The translations under genes were made by a program, and so were the position numbers. Of a DNA stretch of 59,128 nucleotides, positions 13,499-27,519 are shown piece after piece. Below the pieces are notes generated by a model, which was given only the letters and a program-made list of their open reading frames with translations, ran no database searches and was not told the DNA's origin. Position 1 is the first letter of the stretch, and each line of letters opens with the position of its first letter. This DNA is from Catajapyx aquilonaris (taxonomy: Eukaryota): contig JYFJ02002323.1 of NCBI GenBank assembly GCA_000934665.2, positions 1 through 59,128 of the forward strand, in the 5' to 3' direction.

Positions 13499-13846
13499 TT
13501 TTTCTTTCTTTATTTTACCCCGTGATAGGCCTCCATATAACAGGCCCTTTTGGGGGATGGCACACCACCATCAATTTTCTGATTTGTTAACTTCAATCTC
13601 CGGTGCAAAGAATCAAGGACATTAGGTAAGGATAGGAATTTTCGGGGAGGGGACAGGGGTGCAGGTGCAATGTCTCAAGTTTGGGCCATGTGCAGTCCCC
13701 CAGGAGGTTAGGTTGCCAGACACCTCCAAGGTGCAGGTCAGAGACCCTCCCGACGCAGGTGGAAGGGAACTCCCAGGCGGGGATCGAACCTGGGACCTTC
13801 TACTCAGCAAGCCAAGACGTTACCATCTCGGCCACCACACCTCCCC
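13499..13846 (-). mobile_element. tRNA-derived SINE family A, full length
   Basis: A/B boxes on the minus strand, shared body and tail, TSD CATTTT[T/C]ATGGTATC. Confidence 0.92.
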
Positions 13847-14029
13847 CATTTTCATGGTATCAAAAAGCTTCTCAGTCTTAATGTAGGCTAGAGTCATACA
13901 CTCTCAAATAAATTTGTGAGTAAGTAATTACTAATAGGGCCTAGTATGGGCTTAGTATGGATTAGTTATGATGCCTCCATTGTAGATATACCAAAATCCT
14001 CATGTAATAATGTTTACAAAAAATACGCA

Positions 14030-14550
14030 TAAGGTGACAATGAGCAATGTTCAGTAATTCTAGAAAACAAGGTATGTATTCTTGTTACAAGGAAATGGAT
14101 GCCGATATTAAAATTCTGACTTCATATTCACAATCAGAGCCTTCTAATAGGCCTACATGAGAGATACCAAAAATGGTGCCTTAAGCAAAACCAAATGTTG
14201 CCCAATAAATTAATCATATTGTGCTATGCAAAATAGGCCTACTCTCGGGAGAGTAAGACCTGTTACAAGAAAATGAATACCGATAGAAATATTTTGAATT
14301 CAAATTCAAACTCAGCGCATACTAATACATAATAAAAAGTGAAAATGGCTTATTTAACAAAACCCTTGTTGACCATATATTAGTCACATTGAGCAATGTG
14401 CAGTGTACTTTCCACAAAATAACGTGTGGTCGTTACAAAAAAAATGGAGGGGGATGGAAACTTTCTGACGTCATATTCGGAATCAGCGCATATGAATGCA
14501 TTAGAAACAGCTAAAATTGTTCATGTGCCAAAACCTTGCTGACTAGTGTT
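14030..14550. repeat. About three diverged ~175-bp tandem units (probably subterminal repeats of an old DNA transposon)
   Basis: Recurrent GTTACAAG[G/A]AAATG...TCA[T/A]ATTC...TCAG[A/C]GC at ~14084, ~14262 and ~14432. Confidence 0.6.
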
Positions 14551-14716
14551 ATTGATGAAGCCCTATTAATATTGTTTATAGAGTAGGATTTCAGTGCGTG
14601 TCTTGTAATGTGTGGGAAGAGGTTGAAAAACATTTTCAACCAGAAATGGAGTTTTCTGCGTGTTTTCTTCTGACGGCTGGAAACGAGGCATGATTTTTTA
14701 AAATAATGTCCTACTT

Positions 14717-15000
14717 AATAATAATAATTCACACCTCGTTATCAGCCATCGGCTCTTTAGGGGGGAAGTTTGTTTTGCCTGGAACTCTTTGCTTTTCATT
14801 TTACTTTGCTCTTTGGGATAGGATAGGGACGGAAGGAAGCGGCTGGGGCCTATTAATTACGGAAACAACTCCGGAATTTCCCTGGAAGAACCGTGGGAAA
14901 CCACAGAAAACCACGGTCAGAGTTTCCGGCCCCGGGATTCGAACCCAGGACCTCCCGATTAGCAGTCGGACTTATCCACTATGCCAACCTGCTTCGGTTA
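14717..15000 (-). mobile_element. tRNA-derived SINE family B (Ser-GCT-like head, Lm1-like core), full length
   Basis: Minus strand: A box TGGCATAGTGG, CGACTGCTAATCG anticodon-like arm, B box GGTTCGAATCC, core CAGCCGCTTCCTTCC, (ATT)n tail, 12-bp TSD AATGTCCTACTT. Confidence 0.92.
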
Positions 15001-17095
15001 AATGTCCTACTTCATTAGGTGTTAAATCTCTGGCGGAGAAAGCGATTGGTTGCTGTGGACAACAAATGCAGGCTGTAAAGGACTAGCTTAGGTCGTATAG
15101 AACTCACTGTCAGTAAAACATATCCGGGGTTATCAGTCTATTATTAATGGTTGACAGAAACTAACCAACAATTCATAACAAGCTCAATCAGGCCTGATTG
15201 GCTATAATAAGTTCGGTGCTCCCCATCATTAGAATGCATTTTAAATACTGTATTTCTCATAAACATGTCATTAGAAGTATTTAGGATACTTTGTGAAATC
15301 TTTACTGTATCACTATATTTAAGGGGCAATTTTCCCACCGGCAGCAATTTGATCCGAAATGCAAGCAAGTCCTCATTAATAAGAAGAGTTTAGAAGTATA
15401 TTGATCAGAGAGCCCTGGTTAATTTCACGCGTTTTATGCAATATTTGAATCTGTAGAAGCGGGGCCTTTCACATGGTCCAACAAACGTAATCGGATCTAC
15501 TCCTTACCGAACCCATTAATTGTGCACACCATAGGTACAATTAATATAGAGTTCAGACTCTTCCATGGCACGGAAAGCATCCTGAATACTACACATCCAG
15601 TCTTTTGAAGAGTCAAATTATTCGTCCGATGATTCAGATGAAAAGTACCCGCATTTCCATATTCAATTCTGACTTGTAACCCAGTTAGATTCGACTCAGC
15701 CAATATTCGGGCTGTACTTCCTTTTGTGCGACTAAGGTCAAGGAGGAGGCTAAAAAGCCTAGCAGTTTTTGGAATCCGCAGATAGTATAGGAGTCGACAA
15801 TAGGGAGGACTAGCTCTTTTGTAGCCGTGGAGTCTATCACTACGTCAGCAGCGGCGGTTCTGGGCAAGGGGGCGAAATGAAGCACTTCCTGATAAACGAA
15901 GCGGGAAGCTAATGTAGCTGGCTAGGGCCGACTATCAGAAGCGACGGCCGCTGCCCATTCAAATATTGCCCTTCCGCACTGCGCCGAACAATGTCTGGCA
16001 TATTGCACGCCGTCCGATGGGCGCCTGAAAAATAGTATCCCCGTGACAAACACGGCTCCGTCCCCGACACGGCCCCGGCATTCACTGACTACGGTAGGCT
16101 CCTAATTTATGTTCCCTTCGATAAGCCAGATTATGCACTGCCGCTGGAGTGCACAATGCACACGGTTGTGACAATGACACGGCCCAAGGCTCGGTGCCAA
16201 CCCTTCTTCACAAGTGATTAGACCATAGGCAGCAGCAGGACATCTGATGCACCACATGAACAGGTGAAAATAATAGCATTCCTGGACTAATGAAATGCTC
16301 TATGAAGCCTAATAGCATCATGCTGGTGGTGATCTGAAGGGACGGGACACTAATGTTCCTCTAATTCGTTTAAATCCTGCGGGTTGAGGTATTGCTTCGA
16401 ATCAATCAGCCAAATTCCTCTATAAGTTGACCTATGTCAGTCAGTGAGTGGGATCGATCCTGATCATCGCACCAGTTGCACAGCGAGAGGCCAGCTGGAT
16501 GTCGCCGCACTCTTGCTCCTGCCTCATGATTTACTACCGGACACTGCTTTAGAGGTACTGCTGTACTACATATTTCCTTCTCACGCTCGCCGTTAAACAC
16601 ACTGGTCTCATTTATTTGGACAGTAAAACTTCCTCTGGAGTTGTTCGAAGCATTAGGCGCCTGCGGAGATGCGTAAGTGCCATGTTCACTCTGCTTTCTC
16701 CATTTGTTGTCGGAGCTTAAGTGGAAGCCTGCGTCTATTCTCATGCTGCCAGCAAATACATATCAAGATCAAATAAAATGAGCGTTATGTTGAAGCTAGA
16801 AGCTTCCTGTCGCTTCTTGGCAACTTCTGGCATACTAGTAGGCTACTCAAATTTTGCCTTGAAACATTATTCATATCTTTCCCACTCTAGTTTCTAATAC
16901 CTGAAACGAACCTCTTTACCTCTCCTTCAGGAACCTAGATCCTATTTATCTAAATTAAAATGGCTATACAAGTTGCAGTTCTACTCATCGCAGCATTATT
17001 TTCTCAAGGCAGTGATGATCCCTAATGAAAATATAATCTGGTTATTTCTTACCCCATCTAAATAAATATGGCCTTAGTAGATCCTGCACTTAAGG

Positions 17096-17201
17096 GGTGG
17101 AATTTTCGCGTACTACTAGTTACTGCTAACTTAGCAGTACCATTGAATTACACTGGTATTGCTAAGTTAAAAGTAACTAGTAGTACATCGAAAATTCCAC
17201 C
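17096..17201. repeat. ~106-bp imperfect palindrome (hairpin MITE-like)
   Basis: GGTGGAATTTTCGCGTACTACTAGTTACT... / ...AGTAACTAGTAGTACATCGAAAATTCCACC. Confidence 0.7.
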
Positions 17202-19199
17202 ATATGTCACTATCTTACAAGAGATGCCTCAGTCTATCCTTGCCTATCTTTCCAGCAGCAGCTTTGGTAATCAGGCATCCATGGCATCCTATAGGAGGAC
17301 AATTTAAGACCCAAACTCACCCCCGAGGAACAGGAAGGAGACTCATGCATAACGTCAAAATTCCTAGGGAATGCCACCTCGAATTTCTTCTCACGCCGGG
17401 TCTTTTCAAAATTTATATTCGGACTTCCTTCTTCTCGATGCAGCGCAGGATGGAAAGCAGGCTGCAAATCGAATCAGCGTCCAGCGAGGATTTCCATGGA
17501 GGGGGAGGGAAGAGGGGAGGAAGGATGTCAGAAATCAAAATTGATTTGAGGCGAAACTCCACCCTCGGCTCCACAATAGTATGAACTTGTCAGTGAGCAA
17601 ATAATTCCACTCCGTAGGGCTTACAGGACTAGTGTATGTCACAACTTCTTTCTCCAATCGTCCTTTTGTTTCTTCAACCATAGATCATCTTTTGGTCCAG
17701 AATTGCAGCTTGTACCCATTTTCCCGTACAGCCACATAGCCTGCATTATACTCATCAGAGGACTGACAACGTGAACAATTCGTTGAGTCGTCACCGTCAC
17801 GAGTCATATCAACGTTTTGTACTGAAAATTGCACTACTTTGCATTTTCGTCAAAGGCCTACTTTAAATTTGCACTTCCTCCACCCGGTAGGAAGTCAATA
17901 ATTAATTGGCCTGTGACATTTCCACGGATCTGAGGGGACTTTGTGGGACATTAAGTAAATTTTGAAGCACGGTGCTGCTGGTACGGGTATGTACTATACT
18001 GTACAGTAGTAGGCTGTACAGTGGAGGTGCGCAATATGTCACCTTTGAGGTCTGGGCATAGGATTTTATTATGTGGAAATAGGCTCAGGGGTTCACACTG
18101 TTTCCTTGCACATTCAAAATCCATCAAACGCAACGTCTTGTTGTTTGGACGTAAAAATTTTTAGTAGGTGAACAATATGTTTGTGGGTGACATTTTATTG
18201 GTTGAGTGGTCGTTGAATGAAAATGGTATGCGCGAAATAAATAATAATAATCTGCTGTCAAAGTTTCAGTACGACTATATTATATCTAATTAGTCATACC
18301 TAAGTGGCAGTATAATTTTTGTAAGAGAATATCAATAATTCATCCAGTTTTTCATGGAGTGGCAAGATTAGGTACACCCAAACCCATTTCAAAATAATGA
18401 TTTCACATTGCTGCGATTCACCACAATAAAATAACCATACTCTGACACATGCCATTTTGGACGTCTCACTACCATTTAAAGTTGAACCAGATGATCGACC
18501 ACATGTGACACTACATATCACCACCGATATATGGTTAACCGAACACAAGTTATTGCACCCAGAGCCAGTATCATAACCAAACCCGACATGGCCCAGCTGA
18601 CACTTTCGACACTATTATAGCTGCAATAAATGTGCACTTGCAGTGCCCCAGCTCTTCAGACGCACACGCGTTTGCGGTAAGCTGCTTGACCACAAAATAC
18701 CGCACCTAATACTGTAAATGGGCATTGTAGGCATAGTGGTTGCAGGTAGAGTATCCTATATATCATGGAGGGCTGCAGTGCCGGCAAGGTCCAGGCAAAG
18801 CAAGCAAGCAACGCAAAAGCAAGCACGACACGAGCACTGGCCGGTGGCCACGGCTGGGCTTTCACGTGCAGCTGACACTTATTTCCCTCCTGATAATTTA
18901 TCAGACTTTTAATTAGCCTAGCAAAAATATTCATCCGGAAATGTTGTTCCTCAACTTTTGCTTTGTGGCTCTAGCGTGGTCAATCTGGGGCCGTGGTTCG
19001 ATGCACAATGCTTCTGCACGAAGTAGGCCTACACGTGAAATCATTACAGCAGCTCTACCCGGCGCCAATCCGATTACAGCCACCTTCAAACCGCTCACCC
19101 ACTCGTCCTTACAAACCTCATATACTGTATAGCTCCTCTAAAGTTAGCATTTCGCAAGGTTTGGTCTGGGGCAAATATGTGACTAGTCTGTCAAATATC

Positions 19200-19400
19200 A
19201 TGTCGCCCCAGGAAAAGACTGCGCGAGATTTCTGGGATTTTAAAGTAGAGTTGCCTGACGCGAATGGAACCCAAAATACTCCGTACCCTCAAAGATTTCT
19301 GCCCTGGCATCTGTACATTTCCTCCATAGTGGACGTGGTGGTGAGGGGGTGGGCTAAAAATGTGGAAAAACTCACATGGCCGTGCAGTCTGGGCCGCCTA
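19200..19400 (+). repeat. Old interspersed repeat fragment (inverted homolog at ~44975-45215)
   Basis: GAAAAGACTG...AAGTAGAGTTGCC...GGAACCC...TGGAAAAAC motifs occur in the same order on the minus strand at 44990-45210. Confidence 0.6.
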
Positions 19401-22400
19401 TATCACGGGACATGCGGCGGGTCGTTACAAAAAGGTCAAACTTGAAATGGAATTTGTAGTGGAGCAAGCTGGATGGTCCTAGAAAGCTGTGCGAGCATGT
19501 TGAAAATGCGGATTGGGCATCAATTGTTGATGAAGAGGCTACGTATCAGCCCTAATCAATCCGCATTACGCGCCCGATTCCTGCAGTCAAATTCCGAGAT
19601 AATTATTGGACGCATTGCTTTGGCATTGGCAAACTATCCATTTGTTGCCATTCTGCACATTGCTCGCCGCCGTGCTAATGGATATTCAATGCGGAAACGT
19701 TTGACACATACTGCATTACGTAAATCTAGGTTCTAATTTAATTTTCGCTGGCAGTGACAGCAGCAAGCCGAGTAACGCACCGAACAAGGTGAGAGAGGCA
19801 AACATGTCAATTGACAAAGTGCGCTCCTATTAAGCAGAACCCATCAAAATGTAGCCTGGATTTGTGTGGAAGTCTTGAATAAAGGGATGCTGGATAAATC
19901 CCATTGATGATGAGCCACCAAGCAGACGCTCCTCAACATGTCTCAGTGCTTGTAGACCGTCTTCATTATTATGCATGTTCGGCGAGTCCAAACTTTCCCT
20001 ACGTGCGCAACTCAAGTCACCCGTAGTTTTCACAACCAGCAAAGCTACCTCAGCCTACCCACTCCCGAAGGACCAGAGACTCTTCTATCAAATCCTCAAT
20101 TTAATTCCGTGAGCGAACACTCCGGCTAGAAAGTTCAATATCGTCGGCCAAACTTCCGGGCATTTTTTACTCAACTTCCTCTATCCGTCCTATCGGTGAT
20201 TGAGGCTCTGTCTTCCCCTCCTTCTGAATGGAAGAGTAACAAGGGAGCCAAAAGGTGCTCCAAATCTGGCTTCTTGGCCTGCTGCCCCTTTACGCCCTAT
20301 TGTCTGCCACGGCTCCCTTGGTGGAACTGCCATCGATTCCGTCACCTCGTTTGCTGTCAGATCAAACGGTGTACGTCACTGTGTACGGCGATGCTCATTT
20401 ACTAATCGCTCAGGTATCTATCGCAAAGCGGCTGCTCTAAAGGAGCAATTAGCGTTCCTGAATTACGCCGCATGACTGATGGAGTGTATCATATCAACGG
20501 GCCTTCTGAGCCTAATTAGTTGCTTGATAAAAAAATGGGCGGTGTTCTAGTCCCAGATGGAAACAATGGGGAACAGTGTAAGCCGCATTTTGAATAGGCG
20601 TTGTTAAGAATAAAAGCCTATACTCGTGCTCTGCCCGATGCCATCCCAATTAATCAATACAAAGAGTGTGCTGGATGGGAATACAGAATGTTCAGTTCGC
20701 CATGAACTGCCATGTATAGAAATAGTTCAATTATCAGATAAAATTAATAAGCCCCTAGGCCAATAAACGTTTATCCACGTTCCCCTAAATGCAAACAAAC
20801 ACGTCGTATTAAGGCTGTCGGTAAACAACCAGTTCAAAATGTAACGCTCTTTCCAGTAGTACTAGGGACTTACGCAAACGTGTAGTTCACTTTAAATTAA
20901 AATAATACTTATTTTAGCAGTATGGTGTAACTGATAACATCCAAAAAATTTCACGCTACTTTAAATGTTTAGTTGTAAATTCTTATGGCTCGATTTAGGC
21001 CGTTAGAGTGGGTTTCAAATGGACAGGCCCGATGCTTGTATTCAGTACTGCAGCGTGATTTTATCAATATGCACCATTCATCCGAGGATATCTCATTCCA
21101 AGTAGCGTCATCGTACTTGGTACAACATTATTACATAATTCGAACGCTCCTGTTACCTTTATTCCCCTTTGATAAACTCCCCACTAAATCACTGTATTAT
21201 TCCCTCTGCTTTTCCATGCTCTTGACGTTATGACTTGAGGAAACAATTGAACGCTTCCTCCGCAGTTGAATCTAGTAGTAAAAGTAGTCTGCAAAGAAGT
21301 GCGTCGCCGTTTCTCCCTAATCCTAACTAGAAAGGAGCGACGTTATCACCCATCCTCCCCCTGTAACCCGCTATAGAACAACAAGGCCTGTGCTCGGTCG
21401 ACTATAACGAGCCTGCGCCTTTGTTTTGGAAGGTAGCAGTTGGGCTGTTTGGAAGAGGCAAAGGGTCTGGAGATGCGCTCCCAGGGGCCAAGGGACGCTC
21501 CGACACTTTTGACTACAGTAGGCTTTCCCTAGGCCTCCACGGATATTCTATTTGGAGATAAGTCTGACTCGGAGGGCATCACTGAGGATTGGCAGTCCCC
21601 TAAATCTTCCCCAACGCGACGTAGGATGCTCGCGACTCCGGAAGATCAGCTGTTATCCTGCAATGTCAGAGATTTGATGGCTCCGTCGTGGATTGCGGCC
21701 TTCAAGGGACCTTACTCTCTGCATCCCATCTTGTCTCCAAATGAGATATGGGGCGGAGACACAGTTTTGCCTCCACCTCTAGCTGCGTTCCAGTCTATAC
21801 ACCACCGTTTCTGCTGGGTGGGGGAAAATTGACACACTCCAGCTCAAGCACGCAGTCAAATTAAATCAAATCCAAATCAGAGGAAATGGTCCTAAAAATT
21901 GACTCAAAATAAGGGAAGAACGCAGTTCATGATTTGAACTAGTGGAAACTTTTACGTACAGTATGTGGTTAGTACAACATGTTTCAGTTGTACTGGATTT
22001 TTTCCCTCGCTGTTTAGCACGGGGCGACAGTCATCACTGTAAGAGCCAAGCACTCCTGCGCAAGTCGTAATAGGCCATTGTTTGGATTGGAATGACAGAC
22101 CAGGAATTTAAGCTACGAAGGAGCCGCGTTCTTGTCCAGGATTCCGGCGTTTCACGTTGCAAAGCTTTTCATCCGAACCGCATTTTTTCATTCCCTTTTT
22201 TATTTGCTAACCTAAAAGTACAGCACTCGCACAGGTATTCCAGTACTGTGATAAGCCAGAGGGCGTTATTTCTTCCAATACATCAGATTTTCACATGGCG
22301 CATACGGTTTATTTATTGACGTTATTTCATGACTGGGAGAAGAGCCTATTATATAAACAGAAAGTTGGGGAAATGCTGTTTACGCATTTTAGTACACCTG

Positions 22401-25026
22401 GACCAGACGGAATTCCTGTGGAAATCTACCAGGTCTGTTTATAAGTTAACAAATTCGATGTCATTTTTCCATTTGCTTTGTAATAAGCTAAGGTTTGGCG
22501 ACATTTTTGTAGTCACTAAGGGATGTTTCGGGGAGTCTTTACCCAATGTGGATATAATAATCGTAGGAAATGAACTGTTATTTGCCTACACCACAAGTGA
22601 GGACAAGGTGCATGGTCGACAGATGTAGATTGACCTTAGTGCGTTTCCCAGGAGATGTTGTCCACGACCGAGTGGGATATACCTCAAATCCGCATTGAGC
22701 AAAGGAAAGAGTGTCAGGTGGGATCAAGCTCGAGTGAACATTGGGTCACTCTAACCAGTCATTCAAACATTATCTGAGAACACTAATAAAGAAACTTTGA
22801 TTCGTTTTCAAAGATGATTAAAATCCACTGCTCCTGCAACCGTCTCCAATAAAGTTTTGCACGCAACTTTCATTACAACCTCATATTCACTAGGCCTATA
22901 TCTTGCGATCAGATTTAATTTCCTAGCAACTTTGACATCGCCTAATGAAACGCAAACTGATGAAGAATTATTACGCATTTTTGAATCTTCCCAGTGAGCT
23001 AGTATGAAACACGACATGATTTGATTCGCCTATACTCCTACACCAAGCCGCAAGATAGCTTTGAGCCCCTGCCAAGTAGACTTTCCGTTTGGTAAAAGAG
23101 GCGCATAGGTCAACGAACTATCAGGATGAAACCTTTCAAAGTTCAGCGATGTTGGCGCTGAAAAAGATAGAAGGCAAAATTGCAAAAGTAGGAAGCCCTA
23201 TGATTACAGTTCCTAGCTAGCATCCCTTTGAAAGCATCTCCTTACCCCCAGGCACCTATAGTTCTTGTCCATCAGAAGTGACCTGTCCTATGACCCTTTT
23301 GCAAGTAGGCGACTGCAAAATCATGATAAACTAGAGCCGAGATGCTGCAGGCTGTAACAGTAAGAAAGGCAGTATTAATGAGACATATCTTTGCAGCAGC
23401 CTAATGAGTTCCATCCAAGGCTGACTGGCACTCACTCCGTCCCACTTGACTCGATTCGGAAAGCCATGATAATATAAGCGCGTGAGTTATCTAGCTTCTT
23501 CAGAGTGGCGAGAGTTCCCCGAGTCGCAAGGTGGAACTCTCACTCATCTGTTATGTAAATTTCCGACGGATGCTAATGAAGGAGGACAAAATCCTGCAAC
23601 TTGATCGCTGCTTTTGTGGGGAGGAATTGCTGCCACATAAATCGTCATTCGTCCTACCCTAGCAGTAGCAGCACTTTGGAAAGGGTGCATTGGCCGTGAG
23701 AGAAGCTTTTGTGTAATGTTTGCGGCAAAAAGTATGATATTCCGGAAAACTTCACATCCCATACCGTTTCACGGTCAATAAATTTACGAGTCCAAGTGTC
23801 TTTCTCGACCTCTTCTTTATATAAGATAAAGTGAACCATAAAACACTTTCAAAGTAATATACCGGGATCTACGACAGGCTTTCCATATAAATAATTGATA
23901 GATGACCGATATGCCGCAATAATAAAAGGGTTTTTTTATTCATAATAAATGGGAGGAAAAGATTTGCCTATCCGACACTTTTTGGCTCCATATGGACTTT
24001 ATCGCTATGCCTTGTCCGAAAAAAGAGATTGCAAATCCATTCTTCCGGGCTAGCCATCTGGTATTCTGAGAAACCGACTTCTTCTTCTCTATTCACTCGA
24101 TTCAAATCCATATCATTGCATGTTTCTTGCATGCCACGTGAATTATGTAAGCAGTTTGGCCTGCGATATGTCCTGCTTTATTAAAGCGGATTCGCCCTCG
24201 ATATTTGAAACGCTTAACGTCTTTGCATTTCTCCGAACTCTAACTGCAAATCCAATCCTATAAGCTCAAGCCGTTTGAATTCCTGCGTGTACGGTACACA
24301 GATAACCTCCATTTGGTTTTCCAAATTCGATTACTTTGCAAGGTTGCTCCTCTCGTGCATGGAATACAGTTTAGCGATGCAAGTTTCGCTGGACCAGCAT
24401 CTGTGTGAATCTAGAAACCAGCAGTATAAGAAATTTTCTTAGCGCACTGCACTGACGAAGGTCTGTTTAGTGCACTACATTAAATTGTATGTATGTAAAT
24501 TGTATGATGTAGCTGCAGACCTTTTGCATTATTATTTTGGTTTGTTCAATTTGTATACTATATACAGCATTCCTGACCTTTCCGATTTAGACCGTAATTA
24601 TATTTTGTATTAACTGTGCATTGGTAGGCTATATGTTGCAAAGTTTGTGTCTGCGACGCCTACAAAACTACACATCTTCACGCATCTTTGTTTCGTCGTC
24701 CACAGCGACCCACAGTTATTACTCAAAATCCTTATTATAACGTCCAAAAGATACGTACAAACCCGAAATATGATGAGTTACTTGAGAAGCCCTAAATATG
24801 ATAGGTATTACCTTTCAAAATAGCAAAGTTTTAAATGCAAAACAGCGCAACCAATTTCTGATCTCGATTTAACCCAAAGTTGGACAATTTAAAACCTAGC
24901 AATTGTTTTCATATAATTGCCTGAAATGTCTAATGTAGGTTTACGCAAAATGCAGAGTAACGGAGTGAGATTTTATAGTTTCAGTATAGCAGTCTGTTTA
25001 GTTGCCAATGTAGTAACCGCTTACAA

Positions 25027-25384
25027 TATTATTTATTTATTTATTTTACCCCGTGATACAACTGTAAGTAGTTATAGGGGGGTGGCCTACCACCATCGGG
25101 TTTCTAGTATTTCATACTTTTTCTTCGTTCTCCGTGCAGGGAAGTAAGTAAGTGGCCAAGTGGGGTAAGGATAGGGATTTTTGGGGAGGGGACACAGGTG
25201 CAAGTGCAGTGTCGGAAATGGGTCATGTGCAGTCCCCCAGAAGGCTAGGTTGCCAAGACGCCTTCTTAGGCGCGGGCACAGACCCACTGACGCAGGCGAA
25301 AGGGAAATCCCGGGCGGGAATCGAACCCGGGACCTTCCGCTCAGCAAGCCGAGACGTTACCATCTCGGCCACCGCACCTTCCCC
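25027..25384 (-). mobile_element. tRNA-derived SINE family A, full length
   Basis: A/B boxes, shared body, (TAAA)n tail, 12-bp TSD AACCGCTTACAA. Confidence 0.92.
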
Positions 25385-26861
25385 AACCGCTTACAACAAG
25401 CGCGATTGACTACCCAATCCTAACTAACTATTGCGGAGACTTTATTGGACCACACTGACTAAATTCTCCGTAAGGATAAAATATTATTGGGTAATATTAT
25501 TTCTGAGCAATCATCCGACTTTGAGAAAATATCTGTCTCTAATACTGTATATTAATAAGTTATAATTTAGTCAATGTTCTATTTTTGCAAAATTGAGCTA
25601 TTGGTAACGTTCTGCTAATTACGAGGTAAAAGTGAACAGTATGATTATTTCCTAATTCCTATTGAATCTCTTAGAAACATCCACTTCAAGAAAGGAACAC
25701 TATTCAGAAAATAGCTTAAATCCGCTAATTTGAATGTTTGTTACTTTCAGAATAATTGGTCGAAGGAAGAATCAGGTGACTACAGTCACGTCTGAAAATA
25801 TACACAGGATATTGAGTGGAAATGTTGGAAATAAACTCTTGCCATCAGTTTTGAGTGAAATTGGTTTTTTTGGGGGTTTTTTTTGCCTCTAATGTAAAAT
25901 TTATAGGAATGGATGGACTTGAGCCCTTTTCATTCTGACCGACTCAATTATTTGTGCATGTTGGGTTTGGGTATATTGCCCCAAACATCCCTCTGGAGCA
26001 TACTGCCCCGAATTCTCTCTGATGGAAGTACCGTACCAGAAATGGCTGGTCATATTTCGGAAATAATTCCCTCGAATCAAAGGCAATGAAAGCCCTCACT
26101 GGGAAAAGCGCAAAGTCCATCAATAATCCAGCAATAACAATCTAGCAAAGCAAAGCGTGCAGCCCTGAATTACTTCGGGCCATTATGGACTGGATGGAAA
26201 GTAAGAAAAATAATTTTCTAAATTATCTACATTGAGTTGTTTTGATGTTGTGGAGAAGAAACATGAACTGCACTGAATGGTGTGCACACTTTAAACAACT
26301 TTTCCTAGGACTATACTGTATATGGCCTACCATTGAAGAGCTGAAAGTTTTTCCAGATTAGGCCTATCTCAAAAATATACTTGAAATTGCTGTAAATGGT
26401 TTTCATGTCCACCGCTTACTTTTTAAATTCCTTGAGAATCAACATGTGAATGCAAGACACCGAACTTCCTAGAGAAACCTCTGACTATGGCAATCAGGAC
26501 ATTTCTTTTTCAGGCTCTAGGAGTGAGCTGGAAAAGTTGCTAAAGCATTGTTATGTAGGCGAATATGCAGAATTACATTTGCCGAACGTAAGTGACACGT
26601 GATTTTTGAGACTACTTTTTCTTCTTATACTATCATGATGCATGGCACCAAAAAAGAATATTATACCTAGTTTCAACACTGTCAAAAATACTGTAATGTC
26701 TTATGTGATTAGGGATTAGTCGAGGATTAGGGATAAGGAATTTGGGATCAACGTAAGTAAGGTGCCAATCGTGTACTCAATGAAAGGAAGGAATCAGGGG
26801 CACTTGAATCAAGCGAGTGATCGTAACGTATTTATTTAGCAGGATATAATAACAGGCACTA

Positions 26862-27200
26862 CGGGGAGACGGAGTGGCGCCGCGGTAACGCGCGCGCCCA
26901 CGGAAGTTAAGGTCCCGGGTTCAATCCCCACCCGGGGTTCCCACCTTCTTTCGTGCAGAGTTGGGCCATCTCTGGCTTCGTTTCGGGTGGCAATTTCCGA
27001 TAGACTAAGCCACCCGGAGGAGTTCACAAAATGACGATTAGAGACATTGCACTTGCACTTTGCACATCCCCTCCCACCCACCCTTGGAGTACACTAATTA
27101 AGATCTTCTTAAACTCGCTCCAAAAAATCAAATTCCAATGGTGGTAACCCACCCCCCCTAAGGAGTAGCATAACTCCCCCCGTGGGGTAATGAAAAAAAA
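26862..27200 (+). mobile_element. tRNA-derived SINE family C, with a family-A-type tail
   Basis: A-box-like TGGCGCCGCGG, B box GGTTCAATCCC, core GACATTGCACTTGCAC shared with family A, A tail, 11-bp TSD AACAGGCACTA. Confidence 0.88.
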
Positions 27201-27519
27201 AACAGGCACTATACAGGTATATACAGTACACCATAGATACATGGAACCCTTGATAGGCTGACCATGCTGCTTCTGACCGGACATGTGACCAGGGCTAGTA
27301 CCACTGGTAATGCGTGCGAACATAGTGGGTCGTCCTATAATTATTGGCAACACTGCTGTAATTATTTTCGTATCAATATGGGTACACACGTGAACATTTC
27401 ACATTACCTCTAGTATAGTCTCTACATATTTTATCACATTTTTCCATATCCATGGAAAGCTTCGAACGCCGTCAGTGGCTTTTTTTTGTGGAGGAGTTAT
27501 TAATTTTCATTTTTTTTTT

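Noticed and set aside
16406..16744. 112-aa ORF preceded by an acceptor-like CAG
   Set aside because: No recognisable homology or partner exons; length compatible with chance.
24440..24480. Hammerhead ribozyme core (CTGACGA)
   Set aside because: No GAAA partner or stem II; the other CTGA.GA words I checked also failed.
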